This document shows positions 20,050 to 29,659 of a stretch of DNA of 64,000 nucleotides, in pieces. The notes below the pieces were generated by a model. It made no database searches. It saw nothing but the letters and a program-made list of their open reading frames with translations, and was not told where the DNA came from. Location of the stretch: positions 544,001 through 608,000 of the forward strand of contig OY968764.1 of assembly GCA_963695335.1 (NCBI GenBank), written 5' to 3'. This DNA is from an uncultured bacterium. GTDB taxonomy: Bacteria; Babelota; Babeliae; Babelales; Vermiphilaceae. A program made the translations under genes and the position numbers. Numbering within the stretch: the first letter of the stretch is position 1; every line of letters starts with the position of its first letter.

Positions 20050-21348
20050 CTAATCCTTTTTTTGTTGGTTTGATATTCCAAACATAATAGTACCGAGTGC
20101 TATTATTCCACAAAATATATAGAGTGGTAGTGGATTATTGGTTTTCCACATTGCAACAAGAGATGCACTCATTAAAATTGCGCAGTTAATGAATCCTAAA
20201 ATTGGTAAAGTTATTGCATGACCTTTTTTATACAACGTTGCACAAAGACCCGCAATACTCATAGCATAGGTCATTGTTGTTCCAAACGCACTCAGTTGCT
20301 GAAATGTTGTTTGTGCATCGAGTATGAATAGATATGTGAGCATAATTGCGCCTTGGGCAACTACACAGATGAATGGAATATCAAAGCGGTTGTGTTGCAT
20401 AATAGTTGCAGGAGCAATGGTGTGGTGTTGTTCAGCAAGCGTGTATAGATTCCATATATTGGCGTAAATAATACCAAATGCTGCGCTGAGAGCAGAAACG
20501 GCAATAGAAAGATGGATAAAATGTCCAAGAAAATTTCTGAAATGGTTGCTGATGTTAAATTTGCTGATCAGTAACGGGAATGCGCCGCTATAATTGGATG
20601 TTTGTGCAAGATCTGCGCCCAATATTGCATAAAAAAATCCTTGATACAGCATATAAATAATAATCACAATACCGTAAGAAATTAAAATTGAACGTGGGCC
20701 ATCAACTTCAGGGTTTTTAAGATTACGGCTAATTGCGCATGCAACTTCAAAACCAAGCAGTGCGTGGAGTACCAAAGGAATTGCTGATGGAATGCCTTCC
20801 CACAGTTGATTGATGGGAGTTAAATTATCATTGTTGAGCAGTAAAAATCCTGATGCTATGACCAAGAATAGTGGGAATGTTTTTAAGATCATTAACCACC
20901 CTTGAATTCTACTGCCTGTTCTGACATTAAGCATGTTGAGTGCTAATAAGATTGATAACACTGCTATGTCAAAAATCAGTGGGCTCACACATGTGAGTGC
21001 CGGAAATGTTTTTTGCATGAGTAGGGTGAAAATATGAATCGCTAAAGTTCCTGAAGAGAGTTTTGCAAAAAAATAACACCAAGTACTCAAAAAACCCACG
21101 AGTGGATGAATTGATGTGCTACAAAATGCATAAAATCCGCCACTTGGATACAGCTGTAACAGTTTTACAAAAGATAAAATGAGTGGGAACAGGAGTAGGC
21201 CAACAATGATGTAGCATAATCCGCCGAGTAAGCCTGCACGTTTTGCAAGTTCTGTTGTGTTAATAAAAACGCCGGTGCCGATGATGATGTTGAGGTTGAT
21301 GATCACGGCTGACCATAATGAGAGATGGTTGTTTGTTGTTGTCGACAT
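20050..21348 (-). CDS. APC-family amino acid permease
   Basis: IIGTGVF, GGFY, GFE, ~12 hydrophobic segments. Confidence 0.9.
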   Translation of the reverse strand: MSTTTNNHLSLWSAVIINLNIIIGTGVFINTTELAKRAGLLGGLCYIIVGLLLFPLILSFVKLLQLYPSGGFYAFCSTSIHPLVGFLSTWCYFFAKLSSGTLAIHIFTLLMQKTFPALTCVSPLIFDIAVLSILLALNMLNVRTGSRIQGWLMILKTFPLFLVIASGFLLLNNDNLTPINQLWEGIPSAIPLVLHALLGFEVACAISRNLKNPEVDGPRSILISYGIVIIIYMLYQGFFYAILGADLAQTSNYSGAFPLLISKFNISNHFRNFLGHFIHLSIAVSALSAAFGIIYANIWNLYTLAEQHHTIAPATIMQHNRFDIPFICVVAQGAIMLTYLFILDAQTTFQQLSAFGTTMTYAMSIAGLCATLYKKGHAITLPILGFINCAILMSASLVAMWKTNNPLPLYIFCGIIALGTIMFGISNQQKKD

Positions 21349-21382
21349 GTAATTCCTATATTTATTGCGTAGTAGCTTCCCC

Positions 21383-21520
21383 TCCGCTCGCCCTGATCCT
21401 TAGATACACCACTCGCGTGGCACTCAGGATGAGCGGAAGAGACGTTTCTATTGCTTACTCCGCTCGCCCTGAGTGTTCTTCGTAGCTTTAGCGAAGAAGA
21501 ATGTATCGAAGGGTGCGGAG
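21383..21520. repeat. Cluster of three family-A copies downstream of the GIY-YIG gene
   Basis: Truncated forward arm 21383-21396, reverse copy 21397-21436, forward copy with B core 21459-21520 abutting the stop codon. Confidence 0.9.
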
Positions 21521-21808
21521 TTAATTAAAATTTTTCTTTGCTAATAATGAAAGTTTATTAAAGTTTTCTTCAATTAAAGCTTCTTTTTTTTGTCTATTCC
21601 ATTTTTTTATCTGGCGTTCAGCATTAAATGCTTCATCTCGTGATCCAAAAGATTGTATGAATACAACTTCAATTGGTAATCGTTTAGAAGTATAACATTT
21701 ATATTCATTTGAGTTATGTTCGGCTATTCGTTTTTCAATATTATCAGTATGTCCAACATAATAAGATGCGTCATTACATTTCAGAATATAAACGTAGAAA
21801 TCATTCAT
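21521..21808 (-). CDS. GIY-YIG nuclease (UPF0213/YhbQ-like)
   Basis: YVYILKC..SYYVGHT..EKRIAEHN..YT..RLP..EAFNAERQIKKW.RQKKEALI; catalytic Tyr/Arg/Glu positions present. Confidence 0.93.
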   Translation of the reverse strand: MNDFYVYILKCNDASYYVGHTDNIEKRIAEHNSNEYKCYTSKRLPIEVVFIQSFGSRDEAFNAERQIKKWNRQKKEALIEENFNKLSLLAKKNFN

Positions 21809-21825
21809 TTACGACTTTCTGTGTT

Positions 21826-22031
21826 TCCGCACCCTTCGATACGTTTTTTGAAGACAAAAAACACTCAGGGCGAGCGGGTTTGCCGCTTTATTTTTCTTTT
21901 TTTTTGTTGATCCTGAATGCTTTGTCTTGCAAATGTATCAAATGATTAGAATGTTTTTTTACCTACTCCGCTCGCCCTGAGTGTTTTACGTAGCGTTAGC
22001 GTAGTAAAATGTATCGAAGGGTGCGAACGGA
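21826..22031. repeat. Cluster of family-A copies upstream of the GIY-YIG gene
   Basis: Reverse copy 21826-21878, degenerate forward copy ~21909-21945, forward copy 21967-22031. Confidence 0.9.
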
Positions 22032-22040
22032 AGATTTTTA

Positions 22041-22790
22041 TTATTGTTGCTGTGCAGCCAAATAAAGCGCGATAGATCCCGCAACAGCTGCATTTAAACT
22101 TTCAAAGTTTCCTGGCATAGGAATTGTAATTTTCTCATCACATTGTTCTACCCACTCTTGTGGAATGCCATGGCTTTCACTGCCAACAACAATAAGTGCT
22201 TCTTGTAAGTTAACCCTGTTAGGATCTTTTCCTTCTGATGGCATAAGTGCATACAAAGGAATATCGTTTTTATTGAGTATGAGTTCTTGCCAGTTGAGGC
22301 GGAAGATGGAAATATTGGCAATAGCGCCCGCAGTTGCTTGAATAACTTTTGGATTCCATGGATCAACCGTTTCCACACATACAACTGTTTTTTGATTCAT
22401 TGCAGCAGCAGTTCTGATTAATGTCCCCATGTTGCCAGGATCAGTAACACGCGCAAGAACAACACCAGAACCTAAAGTAGTAAGTGAGGGATTTTGAGGA
22501 ATTTTAAATGTTGCAAGTAATCCGCTTGGCGATTGTGCGGTGCTTATTTTATCCATAATTTCTGGTGATACAACAATAATTTTTTTATCATCAACAAGTT
22601 GTTGTGCATCGTATAAAAATTCATCAACCGTGAATAAAGTTATTGGTTGATGACCGGCCTTAATGATAGTAGAAATGGTACGGAAACCTTCTGCGATAAA
22701 TTCTTGTAATTCTGCACGGTGTTTTGCGATGTGCAAGGTAACAACGTGTTTGATGATTGGATTAGCGGGAGAAATTATACTTTTTATCAT
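22041..22790 (-). CDS. TrmH/SpoU family RNA methyltransferase
   Basis: DPGNMGTLIRTA, VGSESHG, IPMPGNFESLNAAVA. Confidence 0.95.
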   Translation of the reverse strand: MIKSIISPANPIIKHVVTLHIAKHRAELQEFIAEGFRTISTIIKAGHQPITLFTVDEFLYDAQQLVDDKKIIVVSPEIMDKISTAQSPSGLLATFKIPQNPSLTTLGSGVVLARVTDPGNMGTLIRTAAAMNQKTVVCVETVDPWNPKVIQATAGAIANISIFRLNWQELILNKNDIPLYALMPSEGKDPNRVNLQEALIVVGSESHGIPQEWVEQCDEKITIPMPGNFESLNAAVAGSIALYLAAQQQ

Positions 22791-22806
22791 AATATCTTTT
22801 TAAAGA

Positions 22807-22891
22807 GTTCGTATGTTTCGACAAGCTCAACACGAACGGGATTAAAATTACTTATTCCGTTCGCCCTGAGCCCTGTCGAAGGGTACGAACG
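22807..22891. repeat. Pair of family-A variant repeats (cgttcg arms)
   Basis: gttcgtatgtttcgacaagctcaacacgaacgg and ccgttcgccctgagccctgtcgaagggtacgaac. Confidence 0.85.
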
Positions 22892-22900
22892 TATTTATTA

Positions 22901-24031
22901 TTAAATCTCATCATTTAGAATCTTATTTCTATAGTCTGCCATCAACTGCACCATAAAATGAAGATTGTGGATGGTTGCAAGTGTGTATGCACTTAATTCA
23001 GCTGCTTTGAATAAGTGATGAATGTATGCACGTGTGTAATGTTGGCACGTGTAGCAGGTGCATGTTTCATCAATGGGGCGGAAAGCAGTTTTGTTTTCTG
23101 CATTACCAATTTTAACAGGTCCCTTGGTGGTGAAAAAAAGCCCATGACGTGCACAGCGTGTTGGGTGTGAACTATCAAACGTATCAATGCCAAGTTTTAC
23201 GCATGGTTCAATGGATGCTAAATCACCAATGCCGAGCAGATGATTTGGTTTATCGTCAGGTAATAATGGCATAACATAGGTGAGCATATCAATCATCTCT
23301 TCTCTGTTTTTCCCCATGCTCCCACCAATTGCATGACCATCAAAAGGGAGTTTGGTCAATACATCACAACTTTCTTTGCGCAGTTCTTTGTTGATTCCAC
23401 CATGAATAACGGAATACATTGCTTGGTTTTGTTTATTGGCCAAGTGGGCATCAAGAGACCGTTTTTCCCAACGATGCGTGCGTTGCAGTGAACTGATTAG
23501 CTTGCGTTGATCAATGTGATAGGGAGGAAGTTCATCAAAAGGAATAATAATATCAGCACCAAGATCTTTTTGTGCAGCGATAGATGTTTCTGGTGTGAGT
23601 AATATCTGTTTGCCATCGCGGTATGATCGGAACAGTACACCCTCTTCAGATGTTTTGAGGACTAAGTTGTCACCTTTTTTCTGCCCACGGCTTTTCAGTT
23701 CGTCTTTAACGGTGCCATATGCAAGACTGAACACCTGAAAACCACCAGAATCTGTGATGATGGGCATGTTGCGATTCATAAAACTGTGCAATCCACCAGC
23801 TTGTTTAATGATTTCTGTGCCTGGTTGGAGCATAAGGTGATATGTATTACAGAACATAAGTTGTAAACCGATTTCAGAAACCAAGTTTGCATCAACAGAT
23901 TTAATTGCTGCGTTGGTACCTACACCTACAAAGTTTGGCGTATCAATAATGCCGTGTGGTGTGTGGATTTGGCCTACTCTGGCACGGGATTTTTTTGATT
24001 GATGAATCAGTTTAAAGGTAAAATATGACAT
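22901..24031 (-). CDS. tgt: tRNA-guanine transglycosylase
   Basis: CNTYHL, TDSGGFQVFSL, HLLGIG, DTFDS, CTCYTC...H zinc site. Confidence 0.97.
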   Translation of the reverse strand: MSYFTFKLIHQSKKSRARVGQIHTPHGIIDTPNFVGVGTNAAIKSVDANLVSEIGLQLMFCNTYHLMLQPGTEIIKQAGGLHSFMNRNMPIITDSGGFQVFSLAYGTVKDELKSRGQKKGDNLVLKTSEEGVLFRSYRDGKQILLTPETSIAAQKDLGADIIIPFDELPPYHIDQRKLISSLQRTHRWEKRSLDAHLANKQNQAMYSVIHGGINKELRKESCDVLTKLPFDGHAIGGSMGKNREEMIDMLTYVMPLLPDDKPNHLLGIGDLASIEPCVKLGIDTFDSSHPTRCARHGLFFTTKGPVKIGNAENKTAFRPIDETCTCYTCQHYTRAYIHHLFKAAELSAYTLATIHNLHFMVQLMADYRNKILNDEI

Positions 24032-24126
24032 ACTATTTTTTTCGCTCAAATGTGAGCAGTTTAAGGATTATTTGTTGTTAGTATAACAAAAAAACAATGT
24101 TGCTGCTTGATTATTTCTCATAAGAA

Positions 24127-24849
24127 TCAGAGATTTGAACTGGAATCAGCTTCAGTCGCAGTGTTACTATAATTTGATGTTGCACTGTAGGGTATATATG
24201 TTACTCTGTGCCATTGTAATTCTTTGCCTAATTCATCGATGCATCTCAGGCAAGGCCGTTCTGCGCCTATGAGATGTTTAGTGAGACCACAATGCTTTTT
24301 GTTGAAAATGATATCATTATATTTTGTTCTGATAGCTTGAGTCATTACTCTCACACATTCTTGATATCGCATTGTAGTGTCGTAGCTATTTCCTGGGGTA
24401 TCGAGTAGTCTTGCCGCAAAATCTAAAGGAGTTTCTAAAATGGGGTTTTCTGCAAAAGTTGCTCCCAAGTCATGACATGGAACCAAATCGACATTGGCAT
24501 TTGTGAGAGTACATAGTGCTATGTAATTTTTTTCTTGTATTGCATAATGTAATAAGCTGAGGTTTTTGTGATAACGATTTGGGTTAAATGTATGATCAAG
24601 ACATAGCTCTAAACAGTTTGTATTGTTAAAGAGTATACAAGTTTTAAGCATTTGATACTGTAGATTTGGATGGATACTGTTTACATCATGTTTTTTTAAA
24701 AATTTTCTTAATTTTTTATAATTACGATCAGCCCTAAACGCAAGCAGTTGTTTAAGCCCTTCCTCTTGGCCTTCTGGCTCCATGCAAAAGGTGCTACTGG
24801 TCATCATTGCTATCGTTGCACAAATAATTGTAAAAATTTTGTTGTTCAT
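24127..24849 (-). CDS. Ankyrin-repeat secreted protein with Cys/His C-terminal motif
   Basis: LSLLHYAI, ETPLDFAA, KHCGLTKH..PCLRC. Confidence 0.8.
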   Translation of the reverse strand: MNNKIFTIICATIAMMTSSTFCMEPEGQEEGLKQLLAFRADRNYKKLRKFLKKHDVNSIHPNLQYQMLKTCILFNNTNCLELCLDHTFNPNRYHKNLSLLHYAIQEKNYIALCTLTNANVDLVPCHDLGATFAENPILETPLDFAARLLDTPGNSYDTTMRYQECVRVMTQAIRTKYNDIIFNKKHCGLTKHLIGAERPCLRCIDELGKELQWHRVTYIPYSATSNYSNTATEADSSSNL

Positions 24850-24854
24850 AGGTA

Positions 24855-25514
24855 TTAAATCTGTAGTTGCGAATCTATGATAACTTTTTCAAGATCCGCC
24901 TTTGTTATGCAAGGATTCAATAAACCATAACATTGTAATTGCCAGCTTAATTCTTCTCTGCACTTTTCACATGGACCTGATTTTAGGATGTGTTTGGTGA
25001 GCCCACAATGTTTGTTATATATCGCAAGTTGGTTGTATTTTCTACTAATGACTTTAGCCATTGCATTGGTGCAATCTTCGCATTGTAAATTGGCTGCATA
25101 ATCGAGAGGAGTTTCTTCCTGTTCGTTAAGTGGAGTTAAATCAGGATTATACCTTGATAATATAGTAATAGCCTTAGGTTTATGATGTTTAATAGCGCAA
25201 TGCAATAGACTTAATTTTTTGTGATAGCGATTTGGATTGAATTTGTATTCAAGACAGAGAGTTAGTCGTTCCATATCATTTTCTTTTATGCAGGTTTTGA
25301 GTATATCATATTGGAACTCAGGTGAAATGGCATTGTATTCGATGCCATTTGTTGTTGTAATGTGACTTTCTAAAAGAAGTTTTAAGTTTTTATGAGGATC
25401 TTTTGCCTTGGCAGTGTATTTTGTAAGAGCAGTTCGATTATTCTGCTCCATGCAAAAATTATAATTGCTAGCGATCATTAATAGAGAAATAATTATAATT
25501 CTTCTTTGTTTCAT
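24855..25514 (-). CDS. Ankyrin-repeat secreted protein, paralogue of 24127-24849
   Basis: FNPNRYHKKLSLLHCAI, ETPLDYAA, KHCGLTKH..PCEKC. Confidence 0.8.
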   Translation of the reverse strand: MKQRRIIIISLLMIASNYNFCMEQNNRTALTKYTAKAKDPHKNLKLLLESHITTTNGIEYNAISPEFQYDILKTCIKENDMERLTLCLEYKFNPNRYHKKLSLLHCAIKHHKPKAITILSRYNPDLTPLNEQEETPLDYAANLQCEDCTNAMAKVISRKYNQLAIYNKHCGLTKHILKSGPCEKCREELSWQLQCYGLLNPCITKADLEKVIIDSQLQI

Positions 25515-25533
25515 ATGATTGTATTTTTCAAAA

Positions 25534-26205
25534 TTAGTGTGAACTTGTTATTTTATATATTTTTCGTGATAAACCAACAAACGGCGTGGCAATAAAGATA
25601 CTTGCTAATTTAACCATATAGCTGATAATAATAACTTCCCAAATATTATCAATAATGCCGTAAAGCCCCAAAAAGCTGAATAAAACGGTATCCAAGAGTT
25701 GGCAAATAACAATAGAGGCATAATTACGGAAAATAATATATCTTTGATGAAGTATTTTTTTTAAAAATCCATAAAGGTAGTAGTCTGCCATTTGGGCAAT
25801 CAGATAGACAGAAAATGATGCGATAACAATGCGGGGCATAAGACCCAGCAGTGGCATAAAATGGAGGTGCATTGTATCGGCCGTATGGGGGATATAAACA
25901 AGATGGATTTGTGATACAATGGCATAAAAAAGGAGGAGGAAGAAGTTAATCCAGATGGTTTTTTTTGCAATTTCTTTACCAAAATATTCTTGGAGTAGGT
26001 TGAGGCCAATAGTTGCTCCCACGGTAAAGGCATCAGCGCAAGTGGCCGTCAGGCCAAAGAGCATGATCTGTTTAACCACAAAAAGGTTGGCTAGTATGCA
26101 GCAAGAACAGACAAAAGCGACCAAAGCGCTGCATCCCAAAGCCAGAGATCCTAATGCGAATAGAGCGATAACGACGGTGTGAACGATAAAAATAAGTTCA
26201 TTCAT
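25534..26205 (-). CDS. Queuosine precursor transporter (YhhQ/DUF165 family)
   Basis: ANLFVVK, EYFGK..AKK.IW..F, PRIVIAS...YLIAQ..D, RNYAS...CQLLDT..F; 1.5 kb from tgt. Confidence 0.88.
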   Translation of the reverse strand: MNELIFIVHTVVIALFALGSLALGCSALVAFVCSCCILANLFVVKQIMLFGLTATCADAFTVGATIGLNLLQEYFGKEIAKKTIWINFFLLLFYAIVSQIHLVYIPHTADTMHLHFMPLLGLMPRIVIASFSVYLIAQMADYYLYGFLKKILHQRYIIFRNYASIVICQLLDTVLFSFLGLYGIIDNIWEVIIISYMVKLASIFIATPFVGLSRKIYKITSSH

Positions 26206-26331
26206 AGGGTGAGTTCTTAAGTTTTTTGATTTTTTATGGTATAGTATAAATAAATAATAGTATATATCAATTAAGAAATAGATTGTAGTAATTAGTAAAT
26301 TTGAAACAAATAATCTGACGGGGGATATATT

Positions 26332-26892
26332 GTGTTTATAAAGAAAATGAGCCTATTTTGTGCCATGATAGCTGTGTATCATTGTTCTATGTACGCAACA
26401 GATGTTACAGCTGTAAGGTTGCATAACGATACGTATGATATTAGAAAATGTATACTAGAACGCGTTCACAGCGATCTTAAGAAGGCAAAAAGGTTCGGCA
26501 AGGGCGCGGCTCACTTTTTTTCAGGCATTAGTCATTATGCCTTCGATGCGATTCCTTTTGAGTTTTTTGCTGATAATAGGTTTATAGAAGCTGCTTTTAA
26601 ACGTCTTGAAGAAGGTGCTGACTATATTCAAGAAACAAAAGAGACTTTTAAAAGAAATTATATGGGTAGCAAAAAAAAGCTTAACCAGAGTCAGTTGGCA
26701 GAATTTTTATATAATCGTGTGGTTGACCGTGTAACTATCACGGATGATCAAAAAGCATTGTTAAGAAGAGAGCCAATTAAAATGGATGAATTTGTGAGAA
26801 GAGGTATTGTTAAAAGAGAAGAGTATATGTATTATACTCTTTTAAATTTTGTGGTGAGATATTACTTAGAGCATGAACTAAAGCATAAGTAA
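26332..26892 (+). CDS. Hypothetical secreted protein
   Basis: GTG start, signal-like; paralogue of next gene (AKRFGK/AKRYGK, YAFDAIP/YAFDSIP). Confidence 0.75.
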   Translation: MFIKKMSLFCAMIAVYHCSMYATDVTAVRLHNDTYDIRKCILERVHSDLKKAKRFGKGAAHFFSGISHYAFDAIPFEFFADNRFIEAAFKRLEEGADYIQETKETFKRNYMGSKKKLNQSQLAEFLYNRVVDRVTITDDQKALLRREPIKMDEFVRRGIVKREEYMYYTLLNFVVRYYLEHELKHK

Positions 26893-26915
26893 TTTTATAT
26901 TTTCTGGGGGGAATT

Positions 26916-27512
26916 ATGTTTAAATTGAGCAATATGTTAGTTGTTTTGATTGTTGGAATAACATTTTTTGGGGTTAGTGTTCAATCATGTCAAAGGCAGG
27001 ATCTAGAAAAATATTTGCAAAAAGCCGGAGAAGATATTAAGTCGGCAAAAAGGTATGGTAAAAGTATAGCAACATCTTCAGGTCTAAGATGGTTTGGATA
27101 CGAACCTGTAACAGAATATGCATTTGATTCAATTCCTCATAAATTCTTTGAAAATCCAGAACTGATTCCGTTTGATCAGCTAGAAGAAGCAAAAGCTGTT
27201 GAATATAAGCAGGAAGCGACAATGTTGTTTAAACAAAAAATAGGTGATAATACCGAAATTAACAACAGTAAGTTTGCAAAGTTTTTTCATCGTTTTGCAG
27301 TTAATAAAATGAGTCTTACAAAAGCTGAGAAAAAAATATTAAAAAAGAATCCAATAAAATTGGAAGAGAGTGTGAGAGAAAGTAAAGAAGATGGATCTGA
27401 AGCAGTAATAAAAGTAGATATGGATGAGTATAGATTGTATGTTCTTTTGAATTACGTTATCAAATGTGATTTAGAAAAAGAATTTGAAGAGTTACGCAAG
27501 CGTAAGTCATAA
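26916..27512 (+). CDS. Hypothetical secreted protein
   Basis: Paralogue of 26332-26892. Confidence 0.75.
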   Translation: MFKLSNMLVVLIVGITFFGVSVQSCQRQDLEKYLQKAGEDIKSAKRYGKSIATSSGLRWFGYEPVTEYAFDSIPHKFFENPELIPFDQLEEAKAVEYKQEATMLFKQKIGDNTEINNSKFAKFFHRFAVNKMSLTKAEKKILKKNPIKLEESVRESKEDGSEAVIKVDMDEYRLYVLLNYVIKCDLEKEFEELRKRKS

Positions 27513-27521
27513 GTTAAAAAC

Positions 27522-28502
27522 TTATTGTAATAGTGGGTATTTCTTAAACCCAATTAACTGACATTCCGGTTGCGGTAGAATATTAAAAGTATCAAGCACC
27601 AATTGTTGCATTTGCTGAGCAAGTGTAATAATATCGGTGCTTGTTGCGTTTCCAAGGTTTACAATCATGTTAGCATGTTGTGGAGAAACAATGGCATCAC
27701 CGCAGCGCAAGGTTCCTTTAATCCCAATTTTATCAAGATAATAGGCTACAAATATTATTTTTTTAGCATCAATTTCCAGCATAACTTCTTCAGAAAAAAA
27801 GTTTCTAAAAAAACTGCCGCAGGTGCGTACTTGTGGATAGCGATGTGCGCGGTGACGAATAATTTCTGTTTTTCTTCCTTTGGCAAATGCTGTTTCTTCA
27901 GCAGTTGCTTGTTTTAATTTGAAGGTAGCATTAACCAAAAAGTAATCTTTTTTGTGCAGTTGTGAGTCGTTGTACCCAAAGTTAAACCATTGCGCATCTA
28001 CTGTTTGCAATTCACCAGTTTTTTTATTGATCACTTGCGCTGATACCAAAAAGTTAGCAAGTAAAAAATTAAAGTAGTGCAAGTTAATATACACTGATCC
28101 GCCAACCGTTCCTGGTATTCCACTGAACTCTTCGAGGCCAATTAAGTTATTATCAAGGCAGTAATCAATAAGATTTGGCATGGTAACGCCGGCATCGGCA
28201 GTGATAAGAGCCGAGCTCTCATCGTTAAAGGTAGTTTTAATAGTAATTAATGTTGGGCGAATAACAAGGCCATCAAAACCATCATCACTAATGAGTATAT
28301 TTGCACCTTGCCCCAGCATAAAAATAGGTAGATCGTGTGTGGCTGCATAGATGATTGCTTCTTGGAACTGTTCAGTTGTTGTTGGTTCGCAATAAAAGCG
28401 TGCAGGGCCACCGGTTTTAAACCAGTTTTTATCAGCCAATGGGACATTAGTCTGAATGAGTAAATTGTGATGAGTTTTTGCGTGAACAGTTGTGTTTTGC
28501 AT
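27522..28502 (-). CDS. murB: UDP-N-acetylenolpyruvoylglucosamine reductase
   Basis: GGPA, LGQGANIL..D.G, GLE..SGIPGTVGG, CGSFFRN, VSPQHANMIVN.G. Confidence 0.95.
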   Translation of the reverse strand: MQNTTVHAKTHHNLLIQTNVPLADKNWFKTGGPARFYCEPTTTEQFQEAIIYAATHDLPIFMLGQGANILISDDGFDGLVIRPTLITIKTTFNDESSALITADAGVTMPNLIDYCLDNNLIGLEEFSGIPGTVGGSVYINLHYFNFLLANFLVSAQVINKKTGELQTVDAQWFNFGYNDSQLHKKDYFLVNATFKLKQATAEETAFAKGRKTEIIRHRAHRYPQVRTCGSFFRNFFSEEVMLEIDAKKIIFVAYYLDKIGIKGTLRCGDAIVSPQHANMIVNLGNATSTDIITLAQQMQQLVLDTFNILPQPECQLIGFKKYPLLQ

Positions 28503-28507
28503 ATTAT

Positions 28508-29449
28508 TTATTGATCCATTGAACAAGCATTATGAGATTGATTTGCTTCAAAGCGAGCAAAATGGGGACGTACATTAACTTTATTTTCTGTAATGAGTGT
28601 TTGGCAGTTTTGGCTGCATGCTTCATTATATGTTTGTACGCAGTCAGTGCAGCTAATAAAGTGTTTGTTGCACATTGCATTGAGGCAATTGTAATAATCA
28701 TCGCACGGTTGTGTGCAGATGGAACAAGAGCCAAGAACATCTTCATTAATACGTACTGCAACGCGTCCATCAAAAACATAATTTTTTCCGCGGAAGAACC
28801 CATCTGGGTATTGTTCTGTGTAGCGAACAATGCCGCCTTCAATCTGATAGACTTTTTTGGCTACATTCTTTTCATTAAGGTACGCGGTTGCGCGTTCGCA
28901 GCGGATGCCACCGGTGCAATACATCAGAACTTGTTTGTCTTTGAAAGTATCAAGATTTTCATCAAGATATTGTGGCAGATCTCTAAAATTTTCGATATTA
29001 GGAGTTATTGCGTCTGTAAACTTACCAATTGCCCATTCATAATCGTTACGGGTGTCTAAGACAATAAGGTCATCTGGTTTATTGGTGAGTAGCTCATGAG
29101 TTTCTTGTGGAGAGAGGTGTTGACCGCCATTGCGCGGGGTAAGTTGATCGTAAGGGATACCAAGAGCAACTGCCTCATCGCGGACTTTTACGCTTAAGCG
29201 TGGGAAGCATTCTGGTCCACCATCGCTTTTTTTAAAATCGATACCGCCAAAAAGTTCATGCGATAACATGTTTTGTATGTATTCATCAAGATTTTCTGAC
29301 GATCCACCAAGGGTACCATTGATGCCTTCATGACTGATGAGGATTCTGCCTTTAAGACCAAGGTTTTCGCAGATTTCGCGTTGCCATTTCATGATCTGTT
29401 TTGGGTATTCTATGGAGATGTATTTATAAAAAAGGATTATTTTGTTCAT
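28508..29449 (-). CDS. trhO: Rhodanese-domain tRNA U34 hydroxylase (UPF0176)
   Basis: LFYKY, GRILISHEGINGT, DTRNDYE..IGKF, MYCTGGIRCE, GKNYVFD.R. Confidence 0.92.
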   Translation of the reverse strand: MNKIILFYKYISIEYPKQIMKWQREICENLGLKGRILISHEGINGTLGGSSENLDEYIQNMLSHELFGGIDFKKSDGGPECFPRLSVKVRDEAVALGIPYDQLTPRNGGQHLSPQETHELLTNKPDDLIVLDTRNDYEWAIGKFTDAITPNIENFRDLPQYLDENLDTFKDKQVLMYCTGGIRCERATAYLNEKNVAKKVYQIEGGIVRYTEQYPDGFFRGKNYVFDGRVAVRINEDVLGSCSICTQPCDDYYNCLNAMCNKHFISCTDCVQTYNEACSQNCQTLITENKVNVRPHFARFEANQSHNACSMDQ

Positions 29450-29536
29450 GTATTTGTCCCGATAAGTGAATTTATTAATTTTTAGTATATCACACAATAT
29501 TTTTTAAATTAAGGGGAAGGCGTTAGCTTTTGTTGA

Positions 29537-29587
29537 TCCGCTCGCCCTGAGTGTTTTTGTCTTCAAAAATGTATCGAAGGGTGCGGA
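29537..29587. repeat. Family-A repeat
   Basis: tccgctcgccctgagtgtttttgtcttcaaaaatgtatcgaagggtgcgga. Confidence 0.92.
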
Positions 29588-29592
29588 TTTTT

Positions 29593-29659
29593 AAGAAAAA
29601 GAAAACCCCCAACTTGGACCCTCCTACGCATAAAGCTACGGAGAACACGGCCGTTGGGG
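29593..29659 (-). terminator. Intrinsic terminator with a family-B module in its loop
   Basis: Minus strand CCCCAAC...GUUGGGG followed by GUUUUCUUUUUCUU; loop contains ctccgtagctttatgcgtaggag. Confidence 0.6.

Noticed and set aside
21383..22031. CRISPR array
   Set aside because: Repeats are inverted, variable in the centre and irregularly spaced; no cas genes
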